A stretch of 62,210 bases of DNA, counting the filler, from Basidiobolus meristosporus CBS 931.73 (lineage: Eukaryota; Fungi; Basidiobolomycota), in assembly GCA_002104905.1 (NCBI GenBank). It is 4 parts of 4 records of this genome, joined end to end, with 100 filler letters (N's around TTAATTAATTAA, not from the genome) between each part and the next. Parts side by side here need not be neighbours in the genome. Positions count along the whole stretch, not along the records: positions 53,323 to 62,210 come from MCFE01001333.1; 3 more parts are not named here. One strand, written 5' to 3'. A program made the translations under genes and the position numbers. Under the pieces are notes generated by a model. The model did no database searches. It was not told the DNA's origin and worked only from the letters and a program-made list of their open reading frames with translations. Shown in pieces: positions 61,240-62,210 of this stretch. The number at the start of each line of letters is the position of its first letter. The stretch's first letter is position 1.

Positions 61240-62210
61240 GTTGAATAATGTAGAAGTTGGCTTGCAACCAAGAGAAACTTGGCATACTCTGGTAGAGCTT
61301 TCCGCATAAATATTAGTTACTGCTTGCACCCAACCCAACTTTGAATTACTTAACTGAATACCCACACATTGGGACTGCTTGTCTTCTTAATTCCATTGGC
61401 ATAAGTGACTCCATGTGCACATCTGTCCTCTGTATTTTCCAAGTCTTCCTGGCTGTCCTCCATGAACCAAATCATCACATCCAGCATGGAATTGAAGGTT
61501 ATTTCTTGATGAGAGTGGGATATGGTAGTGCCTGTGACTTGACTTGTCTTCCCATCTCCCCATTCATCTGCTCCATAGCAAATTCCCAAAAGGTGAAGTA
61601 AGGTTCACTATTCTCCGCAAGCCAAGCAAGATGGAGTAGAGAATGGATATAGTAGCAGCAGAGATCTACTTATTCAGCACTATGTTTGTGGTATAGCTGC
61701 GCAAATCCTGTAACAACCGCTTGCACATCAGCTGTAGATGTGTCAAGTTGGCATTGGTGATTGGCTTTGGGATAAATATTCCTACAATGTCCACATATGA
61801 CTCTCAATCCTTCCAATGTACTCTTGGTAGGAATGGTTTCAGAACACAACTTGATTAAGTACATATCCAGTTCATCCAGACTTTGCATTTATATTGTTGC
61901 ATATGAGTATGAATATTGGTTGGAGCCTGTGAGAAGTATTTAGGGTAACAGATACTCTTTAATATCTTGCCAATTCTTTCAATTTCTTCAGGATCTCAAA
62001 GGGCTCATTAAGCTTGAAATGCCCCATTTACAACTTGGTCATTAATACTTGAATATTGTTGAAACACAAATGTATTGCTACCAGTGGCAAACTTTTACTC
62101 CAACAGTTACTCTCTATCTCAAGTATCTCTAGTTTCCAAATGGATTCATTATATTCTAGCCAATGGCTTTTGCTTGCCAACTTTGCTACAATTATGTGCT
62201 GACTACTGTA
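61240..62210 (-). pseudogene. Decayed CACTA transposase C-terminal part
   Basis: YYIHSLLHLAWLAENSEPYFTFWEFAMEQMNGEMGRQVKSQALPYP. Confidence 0.75.

Noticed and set aside
1-62210. CRISPR arrays, rRNA or tRNA genes, and RIP as the main mutator
   Set aside because: No repeat-spacer arrays or RNA genes seen. The scored LTR pair shows CpG rather than CpA bias, though older copies do contain some CAA/CAG-to-stop changes.

Overview
Eukaryotic, probably fungal, DNA: short GT-AG introns with CTAAC-type branch points occur at 40.2-40.5 kb. The window is mostly a nested transposon graveyard, with three 100-bp scaffold gaps and a small host-gene island at about 40-46 kb. Labels used here: family A = compact Ty3/gypsy (368-bp LTRs, tRNA-iMet PBS, single gag-pol ORF; one intact copy at 32984-37921). 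Families B, B' and B2 = non-chromoviral Ty3/gypsy with FVDD-type RT, tRNA-Lys-like PBS and 4-bp TSDs. Family C = chromodomain-bearing Ty3/gypsy with self-priming and a -1 frameshift signal. Family D = Ty1/copia with half-tRNA priming (one near-intact copy). There are also decayed CACTA/En-Spm transposase copies and a 733-bp foldback element. The host island holds a small secreted Cys-rich protein plus a paralogous exon, a BAHD/transferase pseudogene, an intronless DUF3472-like secreted protein and a spliced gene fragment. Most interesting: (1) a ~265-nt structured 5'-leader cassette, with stem covariation and a palindromic AAGCTT loop, shared by two unrelated retrotransposon lineages (B/B' LTR U5 and the C leader) but absent from B2; (2) every B/B2 insertion with two scorable flanks has a CpG-centred 4-bp TSD, although the TE DNA is visibly CpG-poor. 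All alignments and folds were done by eye; no database search was run.
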